A DNA stretch of 63,158 bases, the filler included, from Octopus bimaculoides (taxonomy: Eukaryota): NCBI RefSeq assembly GCF_001194135.2. It is 4 parts of 4 records of this genome, joined end to end, with 100 filler letters (N's around TTAATTAATTAA, not from the genome) between each part and the next. Parts side by side here need not be neighbours in the genome. Positions count along the whole stretch, not along the records: positions 45,371 to 63,158 come from NC_068994.1; 3 more parts are not named here. One strand, written 5' to 3'. The notes beneath the pieces are model-generated. The model ran no database searches and had not been told where the DNA came from. It saw only the letters and a list, made by a program, of their open reading frames with translations. A program made the translations under genes and the position numbers. Positions 52,595-63,158 of the stretch are shown here, in pieces. Each line of letters begins with the position of its first letter. The first letter of the stretch is position 1.

Positions 52595-53075
52595 TTAGTT
52601 AGGTGTTGTTGAGTATATGTCTGTATTTGTTAATTATTTCTTTTTTTTACTAAATTATTGTTATAGTGTGGTGTTTACAATATAAAGATTACCAGCTTTA
52701 TCTGCAGGCACTATTATTCCGTTTGCGCTTTTAAGAACCTCCAGTATTTTTTCCAATTTCTGTTGGTGTTCGTTGTTCCTTGTTGGGTATATCCTGAATT
52801 TGATGTTATTTATTATTTTGTATAGTTCTTCTTCGAATCGCGTCAGGTGTTCATTTGTTGGTGGGTTTCTCAGGGATTTCAATTGTTTCTTGAGTGTGTT
52901 TTCTTACTTCTGGTGCTCCTGCGTGCGGTTTTTCTTGTAGAAGAATGCTTTCCATCACATTTGTCTTATGAAGGAAATTGTGTTGGCTGATAATTGTTTT
53001 ATGTATTCGTTTTTGGTTGGTATGGGGATGTCTTTCAGTGAGAACTCGAGGTTCACTTTTTCCATATTTTGACTC
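52595..53075 (-). mobile_element. Penelope-like element, 5' part of the split copy
   Basis: FSLKDIPIPTKNEY...WKAFF, GIIVPADKAGNLYIV. Joins in frame with 50360 once the transposon is removed. Confidence 0.8.
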
Positions 53076-53459
53076 TCAATAGTACTTTAATGTAAAAAGA
53101 GACTTCGACCAGTTTCCTGATTTCTGTCAGTATTAGTTATGGTATATTCTGTTAAGAACATAGTGGAGTACAGTATAAAGCTCGTCCACCTTCAGACTTA
53201 CCCTGTGCTATCCAGTAGCAGTATTATACGTAGGCCTACTTCCAGGTTTGCGTTTGGGCATGTCGTGAGTGAAAATATAATTGAAAAAATTGGACTCAAC
53301 AAGAAGGGGCACGGTTGGACATTTTTAATGTATATATGTGTGTGTGTGTGTGCCTGTGTGTGTGTGCCTGTGTGTGTATATTAATATATATATTCTATGT
53401 ATATATATATATATAGATATATATATGAATGTGTGTGTGTGTGTGTGTGTGTGTGTATT

Positions 53460-54250
53460 TTTCTTTTTTAGTTTCAGTCTGAGGACTGCAGTCATGCTGG
53501 GGCACCACTGTTTGCTTTGCTACACTTTCACTAAATCTCCTTTGATATGTGACATTTGGTGGATGAGGGAGTTTGATGTTGCTGTCTTAATTCTTTCAGT
53601 CATCCCCGGTAGCTGATATACCACATTGCGTTGATCTTTTTTTGTGTAGCTATGGTTGAACCGCCTCGAGTTCCGTCGTTAAATTTACACTGTTTGGTGA
53701 CCACAGTTGAGAGCAGTAATCAAGACCGCTGAGGACCATCGTGATTTTCTTTTCTCCTGTTTAGAAAATTCGAAGGATCCATCTCGCCAAACGTCTGCAT
53801 TTTATTGCCAACTTGGTGATATGCATCTGGGAAGATGTATCATCACTCATGTAGATGCCCAGGTCACGCATTAATTTTGATTCAGGGATTGCAATCCCTC
53901 CTGGGCCTGTGTATCCTATTTGCTTTTCATCGTGTTTCCTGTGTTGGTAGTGCAGGGCTTTAATTTTCCAACTTTAAACTGCATATTATTTTCCTCAGCC
54001 CACCTGTGTATTGCGTCCAACTCATGCTACAGATGCGCAAAGTCTCCAGAGTTCTGTATCCTGTGAGAGACTTTTGTATTGTCAGCATAGTTATCAAGGG
54101 TGGCCACTTGAGTAGCTGAGGGCATATCAGAGAGGGCCATTAAGAATAGCAGCGGCTCCAGGACAGTGCTCCGTTGAACACCACTCATTATTTGTACTTT
54201 CTTGGAGTCGTCTCTGTTGGCCACCACTACTTGACTTCTAGTTTTTAGAC
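53460..54250 (-). mobile_element. CR1/Jockey-like LINE RT fragment with 3' tail
   Basis: SGVQRSTVLEPLLFL, YADN, RDLGIYMS, LDYCSQLWSP, ELEAVQ; tail at 53460-53585. Confidence 0.8.
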
Positions 54251-54259
54251 AGTCGTGTA

Positions 54260-54676
54260 GTAATACACATCTAGAAAATCCTAGAAAAATTTGTACCAAC
54301 GTTTTGGCATTCTCAGTTACACAAACAGAAGGACAGGGTGCCAATGCATAGTACCAATAATCCCAACATTGACATCAGGATACAGGACCATATTCAGCAA
54401 CAGCTTGGGCTTCAAGGACCCACATCTCTTCAATATCCTCCCATAAAGCCTGGGAGACCTGCATGGTATGGATGTAAGCATTTCCAAAACAAAAGTAGAT
54501 CTCCTTCTGTGAAGAGTTCCGGATGAACCTACCTCAGAGTAAGAAATACAGATGAGGGCAGTAACATCAAACTCCCTCGTCCACCAAATGAGGAGGTTTA
54601 GTGAAAGTATAGCAAAGCAAATGGTGGTGCTCCAACTTGGTCACCGTCCTCGGACTGAAACTATTTAAGAAAAAAG
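54260..54676 (+). mobile_element. 3' end of the same LINE family in the opposite orientation
   Basis: KILEKFVP, CIVPIIPT, NSLGFKDPHLFNILP, FKTKVDLLL, VPDEPTS; tail at 54557-54676 matches 53460-53585. Confidence 0.78.
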
Positions 54677-54685
54677 AATATATAT

Positions 54686-54832
54686 CTTTTACTTCTTTCA
54701 GTCATTTCACTGCGGCCATGCTGGAGCACTACCTTCAGTTGAACAAGTCAACTCCAGGACTTGTTCTTTGTAAGCCTAGTACTTATTCTATCGGTCTTTT
54801 GCCGAGTTGCTAAGTTATAGGGACGAAAACAA

Positions 54833-54872
<40 letters not shown>

Positions 54873-55028
54873 ACGGGCTTCTTTCAGTTTCCGTCTACCA
54901 AATCCACTCACAAGGTTTTAGTTGGCCCGAGGCTATAGTAGAAGACATTTGCCCAAGGCGCCACGCAGTGGGACTGAATCCAGAACCATATAGTTGGGAA
55001 ACAAGATTCTTACCACACAGCCACTCCT
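54686..55028 (-). mobile_element. SINE family C (tRNA-like head, CORE-like CCTTGGGCAA segment, internal (TA)n, LINE-like tail)
   Basis: Minus strand AGGAGTGGCTGTGTGGTAAG...GGATTCAGTCCC...CCTTGGGCAAATGTCTTCTACTATAGCC...GTGCTCCAGCATGGCCGCAGT...GACTGAAA. Confidence 0.85.
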
Positions 55029-55034
55029 ATACAT

Positions 55035-55545
55035 GCTTTTGCAATGGTATGTTGAATTAACTTGGGGTATTTTTGTTTCTGAAGGAATATATTAAATTCT
55101 GCCAGTCGTTTCTCTCGTCTAATGGCATCTGTGACTGTTGAGCATATGCACCTTATCATATAGAATGTTATGTTCTTTTGTATGGGAAGAGTGGCAAGAT
55201 CTATACTCTAAGTATTGGTGTGTGTCTGTGTTCTTGTAGTGGAGTTCAGTTAATTATCAGAATGTCCAGAAACAAGAGTTCCTTTTCATTCATTTACATA
55301 GTGAATTCGATTGAGACATGAATGCTATTTATTAATTTAAGAAATTTTGTAAGATCCTCCTTACTTCGGTTCCAAAATATGAAGCAGTCATCTGAGAATC
55401 CTTTCCGGTTTCCCAAAAGACAGGTTCGGAAGTGGTGTTCAAAAGTAGTTCTGGATAAGGCGTAGATTTTTTCTTCTAAGTATCCTATTACTAGTGTAGT
55501 AAATGTTGGTGTTCCCAGCATAATGGAATGACTGAGAGACAAGGT
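55035..55545 (-). mobile_element. Penelope-like RT/thumb fragment
   Basis: GFSDDCFIFW, LINSIHVSIEFTM, LFLDILI, TDTHQYLEY, RLAEFNIFLQKQKYP. Confidence 0.75.
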
Positions 55546-55599
55546 GCCAATGACTCACTTCCTTTTTTAAAACAAGACAATCCTAAATCAGACGAAAAT

Positions 55600-56350
55600 A
55601 CCAAGGTGCATATTCTCAACAGTCACAGATACCGTTAGATGAGAGAAACGACTGGCAGAACTTAATATATTCAATATGTCGTCATAACAAAAGCAAAGGA
55701 AATCCCGATCTCTACCTTACGGAGAAACACTCCGGCTACCTAGCCTGAGTGAAAAAAAAAATACAAATACAAATATTCCATTTGTAGTCACCCACAATCC
55801 TAGAAACCACAACATCCTGCATTCAGCCAAACAATACCTCTCAATTCTACATCAACCACCAAATCTCCAATGAATAATTTTAAAGAATCACAAATGATCA
55901 ACAGTCGAAGACAACCACCCAACCTCAAGAGACACCTATCAAAGGCCAGATTCACATTTGCAAAAGAAACAATGCTAGTAACCAACTGTGGAGACCTCCG
56001 TTGTGGGATATGTGAATTAATTGAGCAAGGAACAACCAAAAGATTCAAGAATGGGAATAAATTAAAAGTGAATGCAAACATGAATTGCAAAACAAAAAAC
56101 CTCATTACATCACATGCCCACAATATAAGGAAAACTACATTGGGGAGACAAGAAGGAAACTAACCAGTCATGTAAATGTGCATAAACAACAAATTAGGGA
56201 TTAATCTCTTAGGAATGTCCCATACAGTGAATATCTAAATATCTGTGCAAATGGAAAATATAAAATATTCCCATTTTACAGAATAAACGATAAAAATGTT
56301 CAACGACAAAAGAAAACTACTTTATAAGAATTCTAAATCCGAAATTAAAC
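55600..56350 (+). mobile_element. Penelope-like linker and GIY-YIG endonuclease fragment
   Basis: IPFVVTHNP, RHLSKARF, CGDLRCGICELI, NMNCKTKNLI, YIGETRRKL-like remnant. Confidence 0.78.
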
Positions 56351-56749
56351 TGAAAACAGTCAACACACCTTATAAAAAACAATGGTAAAAGAATATTTAT
56401 GACTAACTAGGAAAAACAAAGAAAGAATAGTTCATAAAAACCCTAGGTCCGAAAATATACTGGAAATAATCAATACTACCACTACTACAAAAATAACAAC
56501 TTTCTCTTTCATACAGCAAACAAGAGCATGACTGTTTGAAAAGATTAATCGAAAGCACTCACACACACTAGGGAAAGAAAAACTTCTAAAAAGGTAACAT
56601 CCTGATGAGAAATTCTATAACTTTTTTAAAAAATCATTTAAAAAAAAATCCTCTTTATACTTAAAAACTGTTTTAAGTAATTTTCACAAAGACTTTCAAA
56701 TATGTGTGTGTGTGTGTGTGTTTTGCAAACAACTTGCACATTCAAGTGC

Positions 56750-57430
56750 TACCAGTCGTGAGCTCCGCATACCAGAAGCTAGCAAGTGTATGAGGTCATC
56801 AGGAGAGAATGCATGCCGTTTCGGGGCCTACCTCTCAACGGCATCAATGCGCACCTCCCCCTCACTGATATGAGGCCACGCTTGCTAGATCAATTGGTTG
56901 TCAAATAAAGTTTAATATTCTTCTAGCCTTCGCTCGTCGTCTCTTTTTAACCAAATCCAGTGGCTAGCCTTTTCCACTGTAGTTTGAATATTGATCATGG
57001 TGGTATTTACTTTACGATGAGTTAGGCTTAACGATAACAACAGTTGATCACACTGTGTCTAACAAACCTTCTACATCCTGCTTCGATTAGAAAATGCTCC
57101 ACTTTCCAGCCTGCGTCTTCGCATTCCTCGAGGAGGTTTACATAATGGTCAATCTTTCGAGCCCGAGCGGCGTCCATGTTATCTTCATGAGGAACCGTTA
57201 ACTCGACTAGATTCACAACTTTCTTTCTTTCACTCCACATTAAAATGTCCGGTTTTTTCGTAACTGGAATGGGAAAGAGTCCCTGGCACCCTGGTAGATC
57301 TGTAGTCACCTCCCAACAGCCGTTCCACTTTTCATCACTCACAGGAAGTTTGTTGTTGTTCTTCTTGAAATGGATCCGCTGTCCTAAGCGCACGAAGGTA
57401 ATGAAATATCTAGTTGATTCTTTCAACGGG
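56750..57430 (-). mobile_element. RLE-type non-LTR retrotransposon endonuclease fragment
   Basis: KKPDILMWSE...VNLVELTVPHE...YVNLLEEC...GW (PD..D/E.ELTVPxE motif). Confidence 0.8.
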
Positions 57431-58469
57431 TTTTTTCACTGTTGTTGAGATCAATTTGGTTCTTTATAACATCGAAGATATCCTCGAGGACCAAGTTGCG
57501 TCTCCATGTATATGCTAATGAACAGTTGGAAAGAATATTTGTGTATATATATATACATATCTTGAGAAAAGAGGAGGTCGTCAGAATTTTGGAAAGACAA
57601 TTTTTTTATTCAGTCATTATTATTAGCGCTTTCGTTCGTCTTCGAACATATCAAATAAAATGAATGTGCAAACAGCTTGTTCATTTATATAAATCAGTTT
57701 TTTGTTTTTGTTTTTAGAAGAGGAAAACATTGCCTTTATTATTATTTTGGGGGTGGAGATGAGGTTCCAGGACAATGGAGATGGATAGATAGATAGATAG
57801 ATAGATAGATAGGTAGAGAGAACTAGGGGAGGGATTTCTTTTAAATTTGGAATGTTTTTACCATTTATTTATTCATTTAGTTTTTTACTATTGTATAGCT
57901 ACTGGTATGAGACATGAGTTCAAGGATGGTAGCCTCTTTTAGGATGGGGTGCGGTCATCACTGAAAGCATTTTTTTCCTTTAAGGTGCCAGAAGGAAGAT
58001 AAGTTCTATGAAAAATTAAATATGTATATCTGTGTGTGTGTGTGTGTGTGTGTGTGCATGCATATGTGTGCCTGTGAGTTCATGCATTTGGAAATATGTC
58101 TATGTCTACACTGTGTAATTTCGATGTTTTGCATTGAAAAATAAAGTCAATTTTTTTTTTAATTTCTTGTTTTTGCATGAACAATATTTAGAAATTAGAA
58201 AAATAAGACCCACTGTTATAGAATAGAGATGAGTATCATGTTATATAAATATTGGGGCAGAAACAACAGTAATACTGTATTTTTTCTTTTTTCTTAGGAT
58301 GTCAGAAATTGTGTCTATATATGCGTCTTAATATTTGTCATTTCCCTTGTAGGGGGTGAAGTGGAATTTATTTTTGATCATTGATTCATCATTTATATCC
58401 CTTCAAAATTTCCCCTAAATACTTACAGATGCAAACAAAACCTTCGGGAAGAATAAAAGGAAGCCTTGC

Positions 58470-58905
58470 TAACACTGAAGAATGACAACTCAATCATCCT
58501 AAAAGAAGCCGATAAGTGGGGGGGGGGGTAGTAATCATGGACAAGGACTACTATAAAGATAAAATATTGAAAATTTTAACAAGCCAAATCTACTACGAGG
58601 AAGAACCAAGACACCCAGAAAAAAACAATAATGAATAAAATCAGAAGACTAATCAATGAATTCCAAGATTCTTTCACCGACAAGGAGAAAGATTATATAT
58701 GCAACTCTGTAATCAAAGAGAGCAATTTCTACGGATTACCCAAAATCCACAAAAGCTCTGAAATACAAAGTGCCATAAATAAGAACTAATACATAAAAAT
58801 ACTAAGACCTGCTGACCTCAAATTAAGACCAATAGTTGCTGGACTTCAAGCACCAACACAACAACTAAGTCATTTTTTGGATATACTCCTAAAACCTTTG
58901 TGCCC
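58470..58905 (+). mobile_element. Penelope-like RT N-terminal fragment
   Basis: KEADK-GGGVVIMDKDYY, FYGLPKIHK, LRPIVAG, LSHFLDILLKP. Confidence 0.8.
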
Positions 58906-59180
58906 TCCCACCCTCCTAAACATAACGAGTCACAACAAATATCATTGATAAGGAACATTCTTCCACTGTCTAACCTGTAGCTCTTTGCTTGATACGATGC
59001 TCCAATTGCTGGGATATCCCAGAAACAGCTGCCAGAGATTTTTTTTTTACTATTTTTACCATTTGTTATGCAACTAAATTTAAATTGAATTAAATAAAAT
59101 TAAAGATTCTTGTTCTTACCTAATTGTTTGCCTTACCGCACTACGTTAACCTTTATGTATATATATATATATATATATAA

Positions 59181-59226
<46 letters not shown>

Positions 59227-59829
59227 AGATATGCATATATGTTTATCTTATATATAAATGGAAATTTCTGCCTGTCTATTTGTTATCATCTTCACGAAAC
59301 TTTGTATACATGTTAAACTAACGTCAATTTCAATTATAGGCTAACTGGATTTCAATAAAAATCGATAATGGGCACCCTACGGGGGTTGGGCTATCATATG
59401 ATAAAATGTGAAGGGTGCAAAAAGTGCTAAGTTGAAGGAAATGTGTTGGCATAATGAGGGTGGCTGATACCAGGGAAGGGAAGGAGACAGGAAGAGACAG
59501 AGAGACAGGAAATGTGTGTATGTGTGAGAGATAGAGAGAGTGAGAGAGAGAGAGAGACAGAGAGAGAGAGAGAGACAGAGCAGGTGAGAGAGAATGTATT
59601 TATTGAACGGAACAGTGAATTTTAGTACTTTGTTCTTTAATTTTTACCTATCACTTAATGCATATGCTGAGTCAAAACTTTCACAATATGTCCAACAACA
59701 GATATTAAATTAACAAGTGAAAGATAAAGCGTTTTTATATTTGTTTTCAAATTACCGTATCAAGATTTACTAAAACTTTACCAACGTACTAAAACAATAA
59801 CACTATTGATAATGTCTTTCATTTTCTTC

Positions 59830-61110
59830 CATAGATGAATAGCCCGTCGTTGTCGGGTAATTTTTCCAATAGAATATCCTATATAAATTTTTGTTTATTC
59901 CATGTCGGATAGGCCTCTTGATCAGGACAAATTTGTGCAATTTTTAGCTAAAAAATTTCCTTGACGATCTTTTTCCTGTTTTGAATTATTTACATGCCTG
60001 TTCGACCGTTTCGCATAACTTTATTCATTAAAACTTATTAAAACTTCAGAAGTTCTTACAACTTTGGTCGATGTAATGCTTTGCTTTCGTTTTTTTAATA
60101 AAAATTCCTCCTCGTAATGATTTTGCTTTCATTTTGTGATAGACAACTATCAAGCAGAAAATGCCAACTTCCAAATCTTGTTTCCTGTTTAGGTAACATT
60201 GATTAAACTTTAAATACTGGTAACGTTTTATTGCAATTTTCTAAGTAACAAAATCGGATTTAACGCAGAAAATTATTTCAATATACCAAATTTGAAAAAT
60301 TTGACGTAATTTTAAAATTTCACAATGTGACAGCAAGAGAGAAGACACTACAAAAGTAGAGAGACAGACAGTTACATGTGACAAGGCCAGCTACAATGCG
60401 CGGATTTTCTTTAAAAGGTAATTTTATTTGCTATCATTTAAACTACAATATTTCATTTACAATCTTTAAACTACAAAAACAAGCTATATTTATGTCTAAC
60501 GGTGCGCCTTCTCCTCCTACCCTAATAGAAGTACAAAAAATGCGATGGCACCGCGAAAGTGAGCAAAGCTTATCTCTAAAACCTCATGGAAACGATATAT
60601 GTGGCAAAGGCGTTCACAGGTATGGCATGCTCATGCAAAGATTGATTTTTTTACTAAGTTTTATCGACTATAGTCGGTAAAGAATTTCAGTAATCCGTGT
60701 TTTTATTCTCCTAGCCCCACAAGTTACTTTTCATATTATCCTGTATTACCCACACAACATCACCAAAACTCATATGTTTAAGTGCTTACTCACAAGTAAA
60801 ATTATTTATCATTTTTTTTATTTCAATAGGAAACGGCTATAGAGGGAGAAGCTGACCTAACTGCAGATAGAGCAGCCCATCAAAGAGCAAGGCAAGCAGA
60901 GATGGTAACAGAGTCGGAAGCTCGCCTTAATGCAGATAGAGAGTCACACCGATGCATGAGAGAAGCTGAAGACACACCCGCAAGAAGGCCAAGACAGATA
61001 TTTTACAGGACTGCTAGAACAGCAGCCAGTGCAACTAGGAACATTGTCTGTCTCAAGGCTGCCTTTAGCTATGACCTTACTAAGGATTATGGCAGTAACC
61101 CAAAAGTAGA
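59830..61110 (+). mobile_element. Probable Helitron fragment
   Basis: 60840-61110 encodes RLNADRESHR...AAFSYDLTKDYG, resembling the N-terminal repeats of animal Helitron Rep/helicase proteins as I recall them. No Rep or helicase core is visible. Confidence 0.4.
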
Positions 61111-61129
61111 AAGCTCCGAGATGATAGCA

Positions 61130-61850
61130 GCATTGATCATCAAAGCAGTCTATCTGGACCAACAACCAGATTACTACCTCCCACTTTTTAGAGTATGCAT
61201 TTGCAATCCAGGAACAAGAAATATCAACCAAATACCTGATGCATGAAATGGATAGAGATGCAGGAAAAGCAGTAAAATGTGACAACAAATGCAGACTTTG
61301 TGGAGTTAACACCGAAGATATCACCCACATCATAATCAGTTGTCTGAAAATGTCATCATGATAATATCTACCGATGAGGTATGATATAGTTAGGACACTG
61401 TATTTCTAGATCCGGCGAAGGGATAATCCTGAGGACAAAGAAATAAGAACCAACAGTATGGTGGATGCCATAGTGACTCATAAAAAAAAATGAGTACTGT
61501 TGGGATGTCCCAGTGAAAATTTGATATAATGATTTGGGATAGAGAAGAGAAACTGTGTAAAGTTGTGGAAATCGTCTGCAAGGCAGATGTTAACATAAAG
61601 CTGAAGATTAGTGAAAAAGAGAATACCTGTGCTGAACTATCGAGAAATCTGCAATTACTGTATCTAGATTGCAAGTTTAGGCTTATACCTGTAATTATTG
61701 TGGCACTAGGATATGTAACACACTGCTTAAGTACCAATCTTGAGAAATTAGGCTTCTCAAAACTAGAGAGGAGAAAGCTGATTTGAAGACTACAGATCAA
61801 AGCCATCACTGGAATTTTAAAAATCTGTAAAACTTTCTAGTTTATAATTT
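61130..61850 (+). mobile_element. R4-like RLE-type LINE 3' fragment
   Basis: CRLCGVNTEDITHII..C knuckle, WDVPVK, VEIVC, EKENT, IPVIIVALG. Confidence 0.78.
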
Positions 61851-62277
61851 GAATATATATGAGCATATCTAGATATGCAACTATATGCATGAGAATATGT
61901 ACATAAAACAAAACATACAAATTTGCACACAAACATACATACATACATACAAAAATACCCTGTTGATGTTGTTGAAATTCCAATGAAAGAGCCTTGGATC
62001 TAGATTAGAAACTGGCTCTTTCTCTATTGGCAAGAAATCTTGAAGTAAAACTGAATAATGACGCGCGCGCACACACACGCATACATGCACATGCATGCAC
62101 CTCCTTCCCCCCACAATACATATAAAATATATATCAGCTGGTATCTGAGAGGTACAGCGTTTGATTCTCTGTGGCTGCCTTCTGGCAACTTTTCTGTCTT
62201 CTAGATGTATTTACCCAGTTTTCTAGGCTGTTTATACAGCTATCCAATATTCAAAATTTATTTTGTTTTCTACAAAA

Positions 62278-62326
<49 letters not shown>

Positions 62327-63098
62327 NNNNNNNNNNNNNNNNNNNNNNNNNNNNNNNNNNNNNNNNNNNNNNNNNNNNNNNNNNNNNNNNNNNNNNNNNN
62401 NNNNNNNNNNNNNNNNNNNNNNNNNNNNNNNNNNNNNNNNNNNNNNNNNNNNNNNNNNNNNNNNNNNNNNNNNNNNNNNNNNNNNNNNNNNNNNNNNNNN
62501 NNNNNNNNNNNNNNNNNNNNNNNNNNNNNNNNNNNNNNNNNNNNNNNNNNNNNNNNNNNNNNNNNNNNNNNNNNNNNNNNNNNNNNNNNNNNNNNNNNNN
62601 NNNNNNNNNNNNNNNNNNNNNNNNNNNNNNNNNNNNNNNNNNNNNNNNNNNNNNNNNNNNNNNNNNNNNNNNNNNNNNNNNNNNNNNNNNNNNNNNNNNN
62701 NNNNNNNNNNNNNNNNNNNNNNNNNNNNNNNNNNNNNNNNNNNNNNNNNNNNNNNNNNNNNNNNNNNNNNNNNNNNNNNNNNNNNNNNNNNNNNNNNNNN
62801 NNNNNNNNNNNNNNNNNNNNNNNNNNNNNNNNNNNNNNNNNNNNNNNNNNNNNNNNNNNNNNNNNNNNNNNNNNNNNNNNNNNNNNNNNNNNNNNNNNNN
62901 NNNNAGCATTATAAATGGGGTTAATACTGTGTTTCTATGAAAATATTGAGATGAATGTATATAAACACTTATACTTATGTGTATGCGCATATATATACAC
63001 AAACAGACCTACATTTCCTCCAATAAGTTAAAATATGCATATTTATATACACACCCAAGTCAAAACTCACACTCACATATACATACGAACACACACAC

Positions 63099-63144
<46 letters not shown>

Positions 63145-63158
63145 CCATATATCAATAC

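Overview
Eukaryotic, AT-rich, microsatellite-dense genomic DNA, almost certainly from an octopod cephalopod. Bases 618-11161 (+) hold eight exons of a molluscan hemocyanin gene. They encode functional units (FU) a, b, c, d, e and the N-terminal half of f as one uninterrupted spliced frame (6896 nt). All inter-unit introns are phase 1, one linker intron is GC-AG, and there are three internal introns. The signal-peptide exons, the rest of FU-f and FU-g are not in the window. The gene stops 217 bp before an artificial 100-bp contig linker (44 N + TTAATTAATTAA + 44 N); two more such linkers occur at 41815 and 45271. The remaining ~52 kb has no confidently identifiable host gene. It is a graveyard of SINEs, LINEs (RTE, CR1/Jockey-like, R4/RLE-type), Penelope-like elements, Tc1/mariner elements and a probable Helitron fragment. 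The most interesting non-coding signals are two minimal hammerhead-ribozyme motifs. One is near-complete and sits in a ~370-bp unit bounded by 22-bp direct repeats (retrozyme-like). The other lies in a tRNA-headed element bounded by a perfect 29-bp inverted repeat. All coordinates and comparisons were done by eye; family names for repeats are provisional.
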